Shown here: positions 31,847-42,547 of the stretch, one piece after another
Layout of the letters: each line of letters begins with the position of its first letter
Position numbering within the stretch: the first letter of the stretch is position 1
The notes under the pieces: model-generated
What the model was told of the DNA's origin: nothing
What the model saw: only the letters and a program-made list of their open reading frames with translations
Database searches by the model: none
DNA from: Candidatus Zixiibacteriota bacterium
GTDB lineage: Bacteria; Zixibacteria; MSB-5A5; GN15; JACZUZ01
Assembly: GCA_024280775.1 (NCBI GenBank)
Contig: JAJRPM010000015.1
Coordinates: forward strand, 4,599-68,598
Direction of reading: 5' to 3'
DNA length: 64,000 bases
Translations under genes and position numbers: made by a program

Positions 31847-34024
31847 TTATCTGAACAATGACAAGACTCCCTGAGGAATCTGGTTTGCCTGGGCAAGCAT
31901 CGCGGTGCCGGCCTGGACCAGAATCTGGTTCTTGGTGAACTCAGACATTTCCTTGGCGATATCAGCGTCACGGATATTCGACTCTGAAGCGGTCAAGTTC
32001 TGTGAAGCGATACGCAAGTTACGCAAGTTGGATTCCAGAGTGTTTTTCTGGAAACTTCCAAGCGTTCCACGTGTGGTGGAGACTTCGTCAATCGCGGCGT
32101 CGATGATAGCTAGGGCGTCTTGCGCTCCGGCTGTTGATGTGACATCGATGTTGGAAAGGCTTCCAAACATGTTACCGGCGATATCCTTACCAAGAGACTT
32201 GGCAGCCATACCACGGAGACCGATTGAAGCAGTCTGACCAACTGATCCACCAATTTGGAAGACAAGTGACTGGTCAGTGTTAAAGATGGTTTCGGTTCCA
32301 CCAGTTGAAGCCAGGCCATATCTCAACTTTATTGATTGAGTGCGGTCGGCAGTAAAGATAACTGAATCTTTACCAGCGGTGACTGAAGTCGCCGGGCCGG
32401 CGTCCAAACGAACGTCAAACTTTGCGGCTTTGGCGTCGAGCAACAAGTTACCGACGTTGATACCGGTCTGACCATTGGCAATCGCCATCTTGACAGTGCC
32501 CATATTGGCTGTGCCAGTTGCCGCATCCTGCAAGGTAACGGTGCCGGTGGCGCCATATTTGACAGAACTGATTGTGTTAGTGAAGTTGTTGAAACTCACC
32601 AATGCGTCAGTTCCGGAATTTGCAGTAGTATCGTTAGTCAGATTCAACACATTCTCAAGATCGCCAGTGGCAAGGCCAAGAGCATTATGCTTGATGGTGT
32701 ATGATGAACCCTCGTCACGAGTGGCAAACTCAATCTTATCGCTAGAGGCGCCTGTGACTGTCGAAATGATGTCGTTGGCTGTGTTATCACCCTGTACTTT
32801 TGCGAAAGCTGTTCCCAACGCGGTGTTAATGGCAGTGTTGAGCGCCGCCACTGAGGTATATGCGCCGTTTGCAAGAGTTACAGCAGATGTAGCTCCTGAG
32901 TTTGAGGCGGTGCTGACTGTGAAGTTCAAAGTATTGTCTGAAACACCACGGTCGGAGGTATTCGCGGCAAAAGTGAAGTAGTTGGCAGTTGCATCATTGG
33001 AAGCTGATGAAACTTTGAAGGAGTAATTGGCTCCTTCATTAACTGCTTCAAAACGAAGGCTGTTGGTGTTGATTGCTGCGGAAACCTTACCCTGCAATGA
33101 TGTATTAGCAGTGATAGCGGTTTGGAACTTGGCGGCAACCTGGGCTGAAGTGTCACCAGCTACGAGGGCTACTGTCAAAGTCTGGTCACCAGTGGTGGCT
33201 TCGCCATTCTCCTGATAGTTGATAACGACGGTATAGTTACCGGCGGTTGAAGCATCAACTGTAGCGGCGCCAACTGTAGCGGCTGAATCAACATTGGCTT
33301 TGTCCGCTGTGGCGGCCAAGGTCAATGTATTTGCGAACGCATCAGTGATTTTCACTGAGCCGGAGGTTTTCTTGGCGACATCGGAGGCCTGAAGTACGTC
33401 GATATTGTGAATCTTCTCTTCAAGGTTTATCGGTGTGCCATTGCCGACCAAAGACAGGCCGAGCGACGTGGTGTTCAATGTCGCGGTAGCGTCAGAGGTT
33501 TTGGTGGCAGTGATAGAATGTGTGCCAGATTTCAAACCGGACTGCACAACTGAAATACCGGCGCTGTTTGCGCTGGTGATGGTTGCGATATTGTCTTTGG
33601 AACCGTCAAGCAACTTCTTGGTGCCAAACTCAGTATTCGCGGCGATACGATCGATCGTCTTCAAAGCGTTTCCAATTTCAGCCTGATCAGCGGCGAGCTG
33701 ATTGACATCGTTGAAACCTTCGTTAGCGGCATGAATCGCCAGCTCTCTCATGGAGACGAGCAATGAGTTGATTTCAGTCAATGCGCCCTCAGCAGTTTGG
33801 ATCATGTTGATTGATCCCTCTGAGTTGTCAATCGCACGGTTGAGACCGGCAATCTGAGCGCGGAACTGTTCGGAGATAACGAGACCAGCCGGGTTATCGG
33901 CGGCTCTGTTGATGCGGAAACCTGAGGACAATTTCTCCATTGATTTGGAGAGCATGTTCGATGAATTTGCGAGGTTTCTGTTCGCGTTTAACGCGGCTAT
34001 GTTGTTGTTAATACGAAGCGCCAT
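31847..34024 (-). CDS. fliC: Flagellin (725 aa, large Thr/Ala/Ser/Asn-rich variable region)
   Basis: MALRINNN, LSSGFRINRAAD, QTAEGAL; C-terminal ESNIRDADIAKEM, MLAQANQ.PQ.VLSL. Confidence 0.97.
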   Translation of the reverse strand: MALRINNNIAALNANRNLANSSNMLSKSMEKLSSGFRINRAADNPAGLVISEQFRAQIAGLNRAIDNSEGSINMIQTAEGALTEINSLLVSMRELAIHAANEGFNDVNQLAADQAEIGNALKTIDRIAANTEFGTKKLLDGSKDNIATITSANSAGISVVQSGLKSGTHSITATKTSDATATLNTTSLGLSLVGNGTPINLEEKIHNIDVLQASDVAKKTSGSVKITDAFANTLTLAATADKANVDSAATVGAATVDASTAGNYTVVINYQENGEATTGDQTLTVALVAGDTSAQVAAKFQTAITANTSLQGKVSAAINTNSLRFEAVNEGANYSFKVSSASNDATANYFTFAANTSDRGVSDNTLNFTVSTASNSGATSAVTLANGAYTSVAALNTAINTALGTAFAKVQGDNTANDIISTVTGASSDKIEFATRDEGSSYTIKHNALGLATGDLENVLNLTNDTTANSGTDALVSFNNFTNTISSVKYGATGTVTLQDAATGTANMGTVKMAIANGQTGINVGNLLLDAKAAKFDVRLDAGPATSVTAGKDSVIFTADRTQSIKLRYGLASTGGTETIFNTDQSLVFQIGGSVGQTASIGLRGMAAKSLGKDIAGNMFGSLSNIDVTSTAGAQDALAIIDAAIDEVSTTRGTLGSFQKNTLESNLRNLRIASQNLTASESNIRDADIAKEMSEFTKNQILVQAGTAMLAQANQIPQGVLSLFR

Positions 34025-34148
34025 TTCTGACTTCCTCCTTGAATGACTCGCTAGTCAATTTAGTTTATTGTTAATTGCGAGTGCGCAGACAAATAACTCT
34101 TTGTGATGCTTTCTTTAAGAGTCATCTTTTCTAAAACAGTCTACGCAG

Positions 34149-34162
34149 GAACATCCATGTTC
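34149..34162 (-). promoter_or_regulatory. CsrA-binding hairpin in the fliC leader
   Basis: Minus strand GAACA-TGGA-TGTTC (GGA in loop, CANGGAUG core); second CAAGGAGG site overlaps the SD. Confidence 0.75.
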
Positions 34163-34211
34163 ACTTCGGTCCGATCGTGTGACTAATGTAATGATGCAGT
34201 GTTGTAAACAA

Positions 34212-34238
34212 CTATCGTAATCAACAACCTCTGCTTTG
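34212..34238 (-). promoter_or_regulatory. sigma28 (FliA) promoter of fliC
   Basis: Minus strand CAAA-N15-TACGATAG versus TAAA-N15-GCCGATAA. Confidence 0.6.
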
Positions 34239-34667
34239 TGCTCTCCAAAATGACGCAGTCACGACGTCAAATTGTTGTTCTCCCCCTCCTATTTTCTATT
34301 GGTTCTCTCAGTAATATTCTTAGTATTTTCAGCTCTTAGCTTTTCAATTACATCGCTGAATCGACACACTCGCATATGCAATGGGATTTCTCCAACTCCA
34401 TAGAGAGGTATGTATTTATCCGTTATTTCGACAAATGCCCTGGAATCTTCACTGTTATAGCGATTGATTTTGCTCATTGTTGTGGACATTTCCTATTTGA
34501 ACATAGACCATACTCGCTCGAAAACGATAAGTGACACCAAACGGTTTCAAATTGAACATCATTTTGCGCTTGTTTCAAAACAAGACACAATACTAGAGGA
34601 TGATTGTGTTGATGGAAGGCGGCAAAACCTGTGTCGAGAGTACAACGTGCGCGAAATCACACAGTTA

Positions 34668-37217
34668 TTAGCTAACCGGGCTTTGCTGAGTTTCGATCGC
34701 GGTCAGGCGCTCTTTGGCGATAGCATGATTCGGATTAGCCTGTAAGAGGCGCCTATAGCCTACTTCGGCCGCTTGAATGCCGCCCAGGGACAGATAGCAA
34801 TCAGAAAGAGCCAAGAGCGCGTTCTGGTCCTCAGGCTCTTCTCGCAGCAGCGTTTCATAGACAGCCAGCGCCTCGGCGCCGCGTTCTAACTTCAGGAGCA
34901 GGGCCCCCAAAATGAAACGTGACTCGCGATCATCAGGGGCTATTGGCGCATAGTTGGCCAATCCTTCCACCGCCGCCTCCAGTTGACCGGTTCTTGCTAG
35001 AGCGATTGCATGATTCCGCATCAAATGGGCAGAATGCGGATCCTTCTGAAGGGCGCGCATGTACCATTCGCAAGCCTCTGCATTATTCTCAAGCATCAGA
35101 TTTGCATCAGCCAATCCAGTAAGAACTTTGCAATCACCTGGAGATTTTTTCTCGGCGACAGTGAGCGAATCCAGAGCTTCGGCGGTTTGACCGACTTTCA
35201 GCTCGACTCTGCCACGCGAGGCAAGATAGTCAGCTCTATGGGATAGCGAGTTGCGATGCTTGTTAAGCAAATCCAGAGCCTCACTTGCTCTGCCGGTTCC
35301 TAGAAGCAGATCACTATATCGCGAGCATATGTTTCCAGAATTATTGGTAGCTTGCATAGCATTCCGCAAAGTGGCTTCTGCCGCTGAATAGTCGCCGACT
35401 TCCTCAAAAGTCTCAACCATACCCAGGTAGGCCGGTTCACGTTCAGGATACACTTCGATTTCACGACGGAAGAACTTTTGCGCAAGCGCTCGATTAGACA
35501 ATTTGTAACACATCCAACCGGCGCGAGCCGAAGCATCCAAATAGTCTGGCTCTTCTTGCAAGGCTTTCTGGTAGGCCGCCAGTGCGGTCGCATAGTTTTC
35601 CAGGGCCTCGGCGGCTATACCGATATTGTAATGAGCATTAGCCCGGGAATTCAGGTGTACGATAATCAGTGTACTAGTTTGCTGATGCTCGGAGTAGTTC
35701 TCTTGTAACTTCAGATATCTGTTGTAGCTTTCTATAGACTCAGTGAATCTCTTTTGAGCTCTTTGGATATGCGCCAACATTATGACACAATCGAGATATT
35801 CACTGTCATTATCCAGCGCTTGCAAACACGCTTCTTCAGCGAGATGGTATTCCTTGAGCGAATAGTTTGCGGTCGCTAGTTGATGATGAGCCATCAAGTG
35901 AATGCTGCCAAATTCCAAAGAAGACGGTTCGGTAAGCTCTATGACGCGAGTCGCGTGTTTTATTACTTCTCTACAGTCGGCGTCATTGTTGAGATTGCTT
36001 TTCGCGCGGATTAGTTGCGCAAGGTTAAAATGTGCAAAAGCGTTGTTATCGTCCTGCTTAATTTGCTCGCGCAACAATGTCATTGAGCGCTGATGTTTGA
36101 GTTTCATTTTCTCAGGGGCGAGATCATAGCCATGATGAATCAGCCCTACCGGACAGCGCAACTCTTTCATATCAGTTGCAAAATTCAAACGATTGTGGAC
36201 AATCCCCTCATATTGCAATCCCAATTCACGCCGGAATATCCTGACAGAAGGCAACACTGTGGTTTCCTTGCCAGATCGCTCCGCGACATTGTAGACAGTC
36301 AATGAAAGTAAATCGAATTCTGTCCTTTGCAGACATTCTTTCAGTTTGGGAATGTCTTTTTCTACCAGTCGCTCGTCGGCATCGATTACAAACAGCCAAT
36401 CTGAGGACGCCTGCTCAAGAGAATAGTTTCTGTGCTTGGAAAAGTTCCCTTCCCACTTCTGGTGGAATATCTTACAGCCGAATGACTCCGCTATCTTGAT
36501 AGTCCTGTCCGTTGAGCCAGTATCGACAAGGATTATTTCGTCGGCGATGTCCCTCACTGAAAACAAACAGCCTTCAAGGAATTCCTCTTCGTCCTTGACT
36601 ATCATGCACACAGACACAGTCGGACGATTCGTTACGGCTTGCTGATACATGCGTAACTCCGGAGAGCTTTCTATCTTCTGCAACCCTGCGGCAACTATGC
36701 GCGAGGATAATTCTCGCATGCCAAGCCGCTGAGACAATTCTGCCCAATGTAGATAGGCGTCCTGCATCAAAGGATTGACTTCGATCGCTGTTTCAAAGCA
36801 TAGAGCCGCGCGTTGATATTCTCCAAGCTGAACATAGGCTTGGCCCATTAGCTCAATGAGATAACCAGCGTTTGTGTGGCATTGTGTGCGCAATGACTTA
36901 TTATCAGCCTCGGCTAAGACATTATCAATCCCGGACATGAAGGTTTCACCAATCCGGCACACATCTGACCAGCGCTTCAATTTGTGGTAAAGGATTGAGG
37001 TCAGCAGAGCATCTTCGCAATGATGCAACTTGGCGAACTCTGATTCCGCTCCATTTTCGAGCCACTCTGCGAGTTCACTAACTCCTGCACTCCGCAAGCG
37101 GCTGTGAAGTTCAACAGCGTTATCACTAGTAAGAACTGGCGGACGTTGGACAACACGCTTCTGCCCTGTAGCTTGCTTCTTTACTGACTTGCTTTTCGTC
37201 TGCTTTTTCTTCACCAC
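34668..37217 (-). CDS. TPR-GT2-TPR glycosyltransferase, probable flagellin glycosyltransferase
   Basis: SVCMIVKDEE, VDTGSTD, IDADE, GIVHN, HHGY; many TPR-like repeats on both sides. Confidence 0.88.
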   Translation of the reverse strand: MVKKKQTKSKSVKKQATGQKRVVQRPPVLTSDNAVELHSRLRSAGVSELAEWLENGAESEFAKLHHCEDALLTSILYHKLKRWSDVCRIGETFMSGIDNVLAEADNKSLRTQCHTNAGYLIELMGQAYVQLGEYQRAALCFETAIEVNPLMQDAYLHWAELSQRLGMRELSSRIVAAGLQKIESSPELRMYQQAVTNRPTVSVCMIVKDEEEFLEGCLFSVRDIADEIILVDTGSTDRTIKIAESFGCKIFHQKWEGNFSKHRNYSLEQASSDWLFVIDADERLVEKDIPKLKECLQRTEFDLLSLTVYNVAERSGKETTVLPSVRIFRRELGLQYEGIVHNRLNFATDMKELRCPVGLIHHGYDLAPEKMKLKHQRSMTLLREQIKQDDNNAFAHFNLAQLIRAKSNLNNDADCREVIKHATRVIELTEPSSLEFGSIHLMAHHQLATANYSLKEYHLAEEACLQALDNDSEYLDCVIMLAHIQRAQKRFTESIESYNRYLKLQENYSEHQQTSTLIIVHLNSRANAHYNIGIAAEALENYATALAAYQKALQEEPDYLDASARAGWMCYKLSNRALAQKFFRREIEVYPEREPAYLGMVETFEEVGDYSAAEATLRNAMQATNNSGNICSRYSDLLLGTGRASEALDLLNKHRNSLSHRADYLASRGRVELKVGQTAEALDSLTVAEKKSPGDCKVLTGLADANLMLENNAEACEWYMRALQKDPHSAHLMRNHAIALARTGQLEAAVEGLANYAPIAPDDRESRFILGALLLKLERGAEALAVYETLLREEPEDQNALLALSDCYLSLGGIQAAEVGYRRLLQANPNHAIAKERLTAIETQQSPVS

Positions 37218-37288
37218 AAATGGACTCTCGATCTCTATATCACTTCACAATATGTCACTTTACAGTATGTCAGTTACAATACCTGCCC

Positions 37289-38257
37289 CTAAACTAATGC
37301 CGGTACGCGCTCGATGATTTTTGATTTATCCTGTTGCGGAGCGTCGATGCCATACTCTTGTCGCATCCAGTCGATAGTGCGTGGGACACCCTCTTCGAGA
37401 GTGGCGTTCAGCTGATGATCGAATTCATCCTGCGCCAGCGCAATCGCCGGGCGCTTGTTTACCACATTGTGTTTGTCTTCTGGCATGTAGGTCACCAGTG
37501 ACGGATCAGCGCCAGTGTAGTTTAGGATGATATTTGATAGTTCTTTTACTGAACGGTACTCGGTTCCGCCAATGTTGTAGACTCGTCCGGGAGTGAAACG
37601 TTCACAGACATTTGCCAAGGTGGGAATGAAATCATCGATGTACATGAACACCCGATGATACCCCTCAAAGACCTCATAGGGAATCCCCATCAAAGCGCGA
37701 TAGCAAAACAGACACACGACAGAGCGGTATCTATGGTAGTGCTCACCGGGACCATAGGCGTTGAAGAAGCGCAAGCGCACAATCGGTGACTCGAAGCGCT
37801 TCTCGAAATTCATTATTTGCACTTCATTCACCCACTTGGTGATTGCGTAATCATTGTGTTGCATGATCGGCTTCTGTAGCGGCAATTCTTCGGAGAGAAT
37901 CGGCTCTTCACTCTCACCGTATATCTCTGATGAAGATGAAAAGATGAGTTTGAAGCCTTTGCGCTTTTGCCATTCGAGGATGTTTCTGGTTCCGATTACA
38001 TTTGTCGCCCATAGGGTGTCGTAGTATTCTTCACCATTGATGCGACCAAACTCAGCGGCAAGGTGATAGACGTAGTCGTAGTCGTTTTCGAAAACTCTTT
38101 CCAATTGACGATGATTGCTAACATCAGCGCGGATATAGTTGTCGAGTCCATGATGCTGTAAGTCACAGCCCCATACTTCATGCCCGCGTCTCTGCAATTC
38201 TGCCATCAGCGGCTTGCCTAGGGTGCCCATGCACCCGGTGATTAGTATCTTAGCCAT
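37289..38257 (-). CDS. NAD-dependent nucleotide-sugar epimerase/dehydratase (extended SDR)
   Basis: ILITGCMGTLG, HLAA, SSSEIYG, YAITK, RFFNAYGP. Confidence 0.92.
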   Translation of the reverse strand: MAKILITGCMGTLGKPLMAELQRRGHEVWGCDLQHHGLDNYIRADVSNHRQLERVFENDYDYVYHLAAEFGRINGEEYYDTLWATNVIGTRNILEWQKRKGFKLIFSSSSEIYGESEEPILSEELPLQKPIMQHNDYAITKWVNEVQIMNFEKRFESPIVRLRFFNAYGPGEHYHRYRSVVCLFCYRALMGIPYEVFEGYHRVFMYIDDFIPTLANVCERFTPGRVYNIGGTEYRSVKELSNIILNYTGADPSLVTYMPEDKHNVVNKRPAIALAQDEFDHQLNATLEEGVPRTIDWMRQEYGIDAPQQDKSKIIERVPALV

Positions 38258-38297
38258 CTTCTCTACACTCCTTGTATTGATTCTTTCTGTTTCTTTT

Positions 38298-38891
38298 CTA
38301 TAGTCTGCGAACCGCTACAATCGCTCGCGAATCGCATTCCGGTTTGTCGTCGAAAAATCCATCTATCACTACAGTAGCAAAACCGATTTCCTCTAACTCC
38401 TCAGGCTCCCAAGAACTCCTGTGCAACTGGAACTCCTCACCGCCCATACCGAATGCATCACCTTCTTGGGGATGATTGCCTGCCGGGCAGTGAACGAAGA
38501 TATTCTTTCGTGCGATGCGCTCGACATCCTCCAAAAGCTTCAGGGCCACAGGCTTTGTCAGATGCTCAATGAAATCAACTAGCATCACACCATCGAAACT
38601 ATCCCGGGTAAACAAGTCTGCGACTTTTGTTGCGTCATAACGAACCGCAACCACACTGCTGTCACATATTCTGCGTTTGATGTACGGCTCATGTATTTCA
38701 ACACCTACACGCACTGGAGCTTTCAGCGCTCCAATCATTTCGAAATGCCCGGCGCCAAGCTCCAATACAGATTTACAGTCTTTTAACTGCTCCTGAAGGA
38801 CCTGAATGATTTGGCCTCGTTTGGAATCAGCGGCCGCATGCGACGCTACGACTTTTCCAACTCGTGATGGTTGTGTAATTACTGTTGGCAT
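38298..38891 (-). CDS. Class I SAM-dependent methyltransferase
   Basis: VLELGAG, GVEI, FDGV...DFIEHL, HRSSW. Confidence 0.82.
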   Translation of the reverse strand: MPTVITQPSRVGKVVASHAAADSKRGQIIQVLQEQLKDCKSVLELGAGHFEMIGALKAPVRVGVEIHEPYIKRRICDSSVVAVRYDATKVADLFTRDSFDGVMLVDFIEHLTKPVALKLLEDVERIARKNIFVHCPAGNHPQEGDAFGMGGEEFQLHRSSWEPEELEEIGFATVVIDGFFDDKPECDSRAIVAVRRL

Positions 38892-38897
38892 AGATTG

Positions 38898-41800
38898 CTA
38901 TTCTCCCAATATTGCCGAGGTCAGATGATGCACCAAGCGCGAAGGGCGCCAATACTCTCGCATCCAATCATAGGTTTCCTGTTGTAGCTGTAATAGCTTG
39001 TCGGGCGCTTTCAGTAGCGCCTCTATTCCAGCCTTCAGTTCAGATTCATTTCTCACTATTCGCCAGGGCAAAGTGTCGGTACGTAGTGTCTCAGCGATTT
39101 TGTTTCTGCCGAACTTATCTACATAGACGAAATTGACTAATCCCAGCGCCGAGTTTTCCAGTGATGACATGCAATAGTAGCCATCATTAACTTGCATTTG
39201 ATCCAGGGCGATTTGTCCCTGACGCTTGAGGTTCAGCGATTCTTCGTAGGATAAGCCGGTCTTTATGGCTAACGCTACATTGGTATATCTTGAGCTAAGC
39301 TCACGAACCACTTTTTCCAGCTCCGCAGAGTTTTTGATTGGCGGATCAGTAGGCGTTTGGACCACTAGTGTTTTCTTTGACGGCTCAATGATTCTCTTGT
39401 AGCGTTCTGCGTCTATATCGAGCCAGGTCGGAACATAACTGGCATCATCCCAGCGACGTTTCAAATCTAGTTGCCCTGTTGCGATGCGCCACTTCTTATC
39501 ATTCACGAAGTGATTATGGTACCAATCAGCATTCATCCTAGTTGCGGTAGACCCGAAAAAGAAGGCCACGCAAGGTTTTTTAGCTGAATAGTCGGCCCAA
39601 TCTAGCTTGCCCCAGAGCATGCCATCGGTGTCATCGACAATACTATTGCCACTTGCTGAACCGGCATAAGTCGAAGCGCTGAAGACCAGGACATCCGCTT
39701 TCTCCGCTAAACTTCTCAGGCGCTCATCCTCTGAACGAGTCAATTGGTTATTGATTGGGTCATTGCCGGCTGAGTCATGCAATCTCAGCGCTATGTCTCT
39801 GTCGAATCCACGCGTTTCCTTGAAAGTAACCACGCGGCAAAGGTGTTCGGTGTGTCGGTTTATCGCTCTAGCATACATTGCGGCGTTGCCACAGGGATCT
39901 GCGGTTCCTATCCAGAGGATGCGCTTTCCGCCGGGCTTTTCTTCCGGGAAATCAGGATCCACTTCATAGCCCAAACGCTCGGTTGAGCCCATAGAACATT
40001 CTCGCGGACCAGGTTGCGCTATTGTCGTTTGTTGCGCTTGGCTCTGCCTCTCAAAATAGTCCTGCATGTATTGCTGGTATTCTTTTTGCGATTTTGGAAT
40101 ATCGGCTTGATGAGTCACCTGACCGGGATGCAATCGGTAATACACCAGGGCTTTAGGAATAAACTCAAATTCAAAGTGATAGCCCATCTTGTGCCACAAG
40201 GCTCCATCGGCTCCGTAGCCAATCTTGCCGCCCAATGACTCGTCGAAGTAGTCGGTTTTATCCAAAACACTCTTGCGGAACATCACCGAGCAACCATGAA
40301 TCGGGTTGCCCTTGAACATGTCATCGACAAAAGTGGCATTTTCTAACGGGGTCACATTGGCTCTATCCTTGAGCTGTGATTGCGCGGTCATATAGAAGAA
40401 ATCGCCATATACCCAACCCAATTGAGGCTTATTGGCCAGAACTTTAATGTTCTCCCATACTTTATCAGGATGGTACGCATCATCGGATGATAGCCAGGAA
40501 ATGTATTCACCTTTTGAATGCTTGATTGCGCTATTGAGCGCCGCTGAAACGCCTTTGTTTTCCTGGGTGATAATCGTGATCTTATCAGGATATTCTGATT
40601 TGTACTTCGCGAGAACTTCCTGCGTATTATCAGTCGAGCCGTCATCAACTACTACTATTTCGCAATGGGGATAGGTTTGAGACAGAGCTGATGAAAGCGC
40701 TTCGGGCAGATAGTCCGCACGATTGTAAGTGGGAATCACTATTGACACTAAGCCCAGATCCACAGACTTATCTATTGAGGCATCCGGTGACTCGATCGTC
40801 GACTTGATGACATTGGCAATTTCTTTGACCTGTTTTTGCAGTCCGAAGTTTGATTCTATGTGCGCACGATAAGCCTTTGCTTGCTCTGCTCTGTCACCTT
40901 CTATGCTCTTCTTTACAAGTGACAAGCAATCTTCGGGGGTCAGATAGCGGCATGTATCAGGATAAATGTTGTCAGCTCCAAACCAATCATGTACTAAAGG
41001 AATCACACCGCTGGCCATGCCTTCGGCAATTGACAAATGAAAAGATTCAAACAATGAGGTTGAGATTACGTAATCCATCTCCTGATAGAAAGCTGGCATA
41101 TCCTCTATCCAACCGTGATAGTGAATATCAATTCCTAGTTTTTGCGCCATATCTCGCATGTACAGCTCAATACGAGAGTCCTGATGTTTACCAGCGATGT
41201 GCAATTCGAATTCAGGATCCCAGTCATGGATAGCTTTGAAGCAATACAACAGTAACTGGGGATTCTTCTTGTAATTGATATAGCCAACCGAGGCGATTTT
41301 CTTGCCGTACTTTTTCCCTGCCGGTATTTGAAACTTCTTCAAATCGACAGCATTGTGGGCTATGCTACAAACTACTGAAGATGGAATCCGGCCGGTCATT
41401 AGATGCTTTACAGATTCATTTACGAAGACAAGGTTATCTACCTTGCTCCAATCTACTTGTGAGGGCATTTCGGTGAACGCTTCGTAGCTATGCAGTCGGC
41501 AGATTATCGGGCAGAGCTTCGGAAGATGATTTGTCGCCTGAATCAATAGCGAATCACACCAATCGAACCATGCAACATCGCACCATTCCAGCATGCGTTT
41601 CATATCACCGACACTGCCCTGCTGGAATGAGCGTGTTTCATTGTTGACGCTTAGATCGGTGATAATCTCGGCCAGGAAAGAAGGTTGCGTAGCGAAAAAT
41701 GCTATTTTCTTGCCTGTTACAATGCTACTCGAACTGTCATCCGACTTTTTCTGCGCTCCTGCGTCAAGTAGCTCTGAAATAAGCCCAGAATTGACTCCCT

Positions 41801-42476
41801 TGACAGTTGTGGTTTTTGATTCAGATATATCTATGCTACTCGCTTGGTCAACACGCGTTTGCCACTGAGAAAACTCCTGTTCAGGTTGCGCTTTGCGCCA
41901 TACTTTCAAGTATCTCTTCGCCCTGCGCGATTCTTTGGCATCGAAGCACAACTCCATTAGCGCCGTAAAACTCTCTTCGGGATTCTCAGCCAGGCGAATT
42001 GACTCGCAAATGGAGTCCAGCGCGGGTTTGAATTGCGCTAGTTGCGCGAATGTGACACCTAAGTCTCGAAGCATCGCAGAGTCTGCAACCCCGATATCGT
42101 AAGCGGCGCCGAATACCTCTGCGGCAACTGCATACTGCCCTTGTCGGAAATACACTAAGGCTAGATTGTGATAGGCATTGGGATTTGTCGGATCGTTTTG
42201 TAATGCGATTTTGAACCAATCGACGGCTTCGTCCTGTTTGTCCAATGTTACAGCTAGACAACCGGCGAGCATCATTTGTTCATCGGTAGCGTCACTTCGC
42301 TTGGCTATGGCGCAAACCAATGGGTAGGCCTCTGCTGGCTCTCCACTTACCAGTAGAGCATTTGCTTCAACCGCCTTCTTGGTGTATGCCGTATCAGAGT
42401 GTTTGGAACTGCTATTATCTAATAGGGCTGAATCTGAAGATTGGGTGTTTTCAATACTTGTTGATGCGGGTTCCAT
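38898..42476 (-). CDS. Multidomain TPR + GT4 + GT2 + C-terminal GT-like glycosyltransferase
   Basis: N-terminal TPRs; ESFHLSIAEGMASG (EX7E); VSIVIPTYN..VDDGSTD..SSDD; C-terminal DQ...GYY.MSSLE..ALG; start set at MEPAS to avoid overlap with fliW. Confidence 0.85.
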   Translation of the reverse strand: MEPASTSIENTQSSDSALLDNSSSKHSDTAYTKKAVEANALLVSGEPAEAYPLVCAIAKRSDATDEQMMLAGCLAVTLDKQDEAVDWFKIALQNDPTNPNAYHNLALVYFRQGQYAVAAEVFGAAYDIGVADSAMLRDLGVTFAQLAQFKPALDSICESIRLAENPEESFTALMELCFDAKESRRAKRYLKVWRKAQPEQEFSQWQTRVDQASSIDISESKTTTVKGVNSGLISELLDAGAQKKSDDSSSSIVTGKKIAFFATQPSFLAEIITDLSVNNETRSFQQGSVGDMKRMLEWCDVAWFDWCDSLLIQATNHLPKLCPIICRLHSYEAFTEMPSQVDWSKVDNLVFVNESVKHLMTGRIPSSVVCSIAHNAVDLKKFQIPAGKKYGKKIASVGYINYKKNPQLLLYCFKAIHDWDPEFELHIAGKHQDSRIELYMRDMAQKLGIDIHYHGWIEDMPAFYQEMDYVISTSLFESFHLSIAEGMASGVIPLVHDWFGADNIYPDTCRYLTPEDCLSLVKKSIEGDRAEQAKAYRAHIESNFGLQKQVKEIANVIKSTIESPDASIDKSVDLGLVSIVIPTYNRADYLPEALSSALSQTYPHCEIVVVDDGSTDNTQEVLAKYKSEYPDKITIITQENKGVSAALNSAIKHSKGEYISWLSSDDAYHPDKVWENIKVLANKPQLGWVYGDFFYMTAQSQLKDRANVTPLENATFVDDMFKGNPIHGCSVMFRKSVLDKTDYFDESLGGKIGYGADGALWHKMGYHFEFEFIPKALVYYRLHPGQVTHQADIPKSQKEYQQYMQDYFERQSQAQQTTIAQPGPRECSMGSTERLGYEVDPDFPEEKPGGKRILWIGTADPCGNAAMYARAINRHTEHLCRVVTFKETRGFDRDIALRLHDSAGNDPINNQLTRSEDERLRSLAEKADVLVFSASTYAGSASGNSIVDDTDGMLWGKLDWADYSAKKPCVAFFFGSTATRMNADWYHNHFVNDKKWRIATGQLDLKRRWDDASYVPTWLDIDAERYKRIIEPSKKTLVVQTPTDPPIKNSAELEKVVRELSSRYTNVALAIKTGLSYEESLNLKRQGQIALDQMQVNDGYYCMSSLENSALGLVNFVYVDKFGRNKIAETLRTDTLPWRIVRNESELKAGIEALLKAPDKLLQLQQETYDWMREYWRPSRLVHHLTSAILGE

Positions 42477-42547
42477 TTGCGTTCCAATCGCATTTAGTCC
42501 AAGCGTATGCCGGTTGGCCCACGCTTTGGCGCTCAACTTCCTGTGAG

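Noticed and set aside
34289-34489. 66-aa minus-strand ORF upstream of fliC
   Set aside because: No motif, awkward RBS spacing and an AT-rich regulatory region. It cannot be excluded but is unsupported.
34504-34530. Plus-strand TAGA-N15-AACGATAA sigma28-like motif
   Set aside because: Weak match that points antisense into the glycosyltransferase 3' end with no credible downstream gene.
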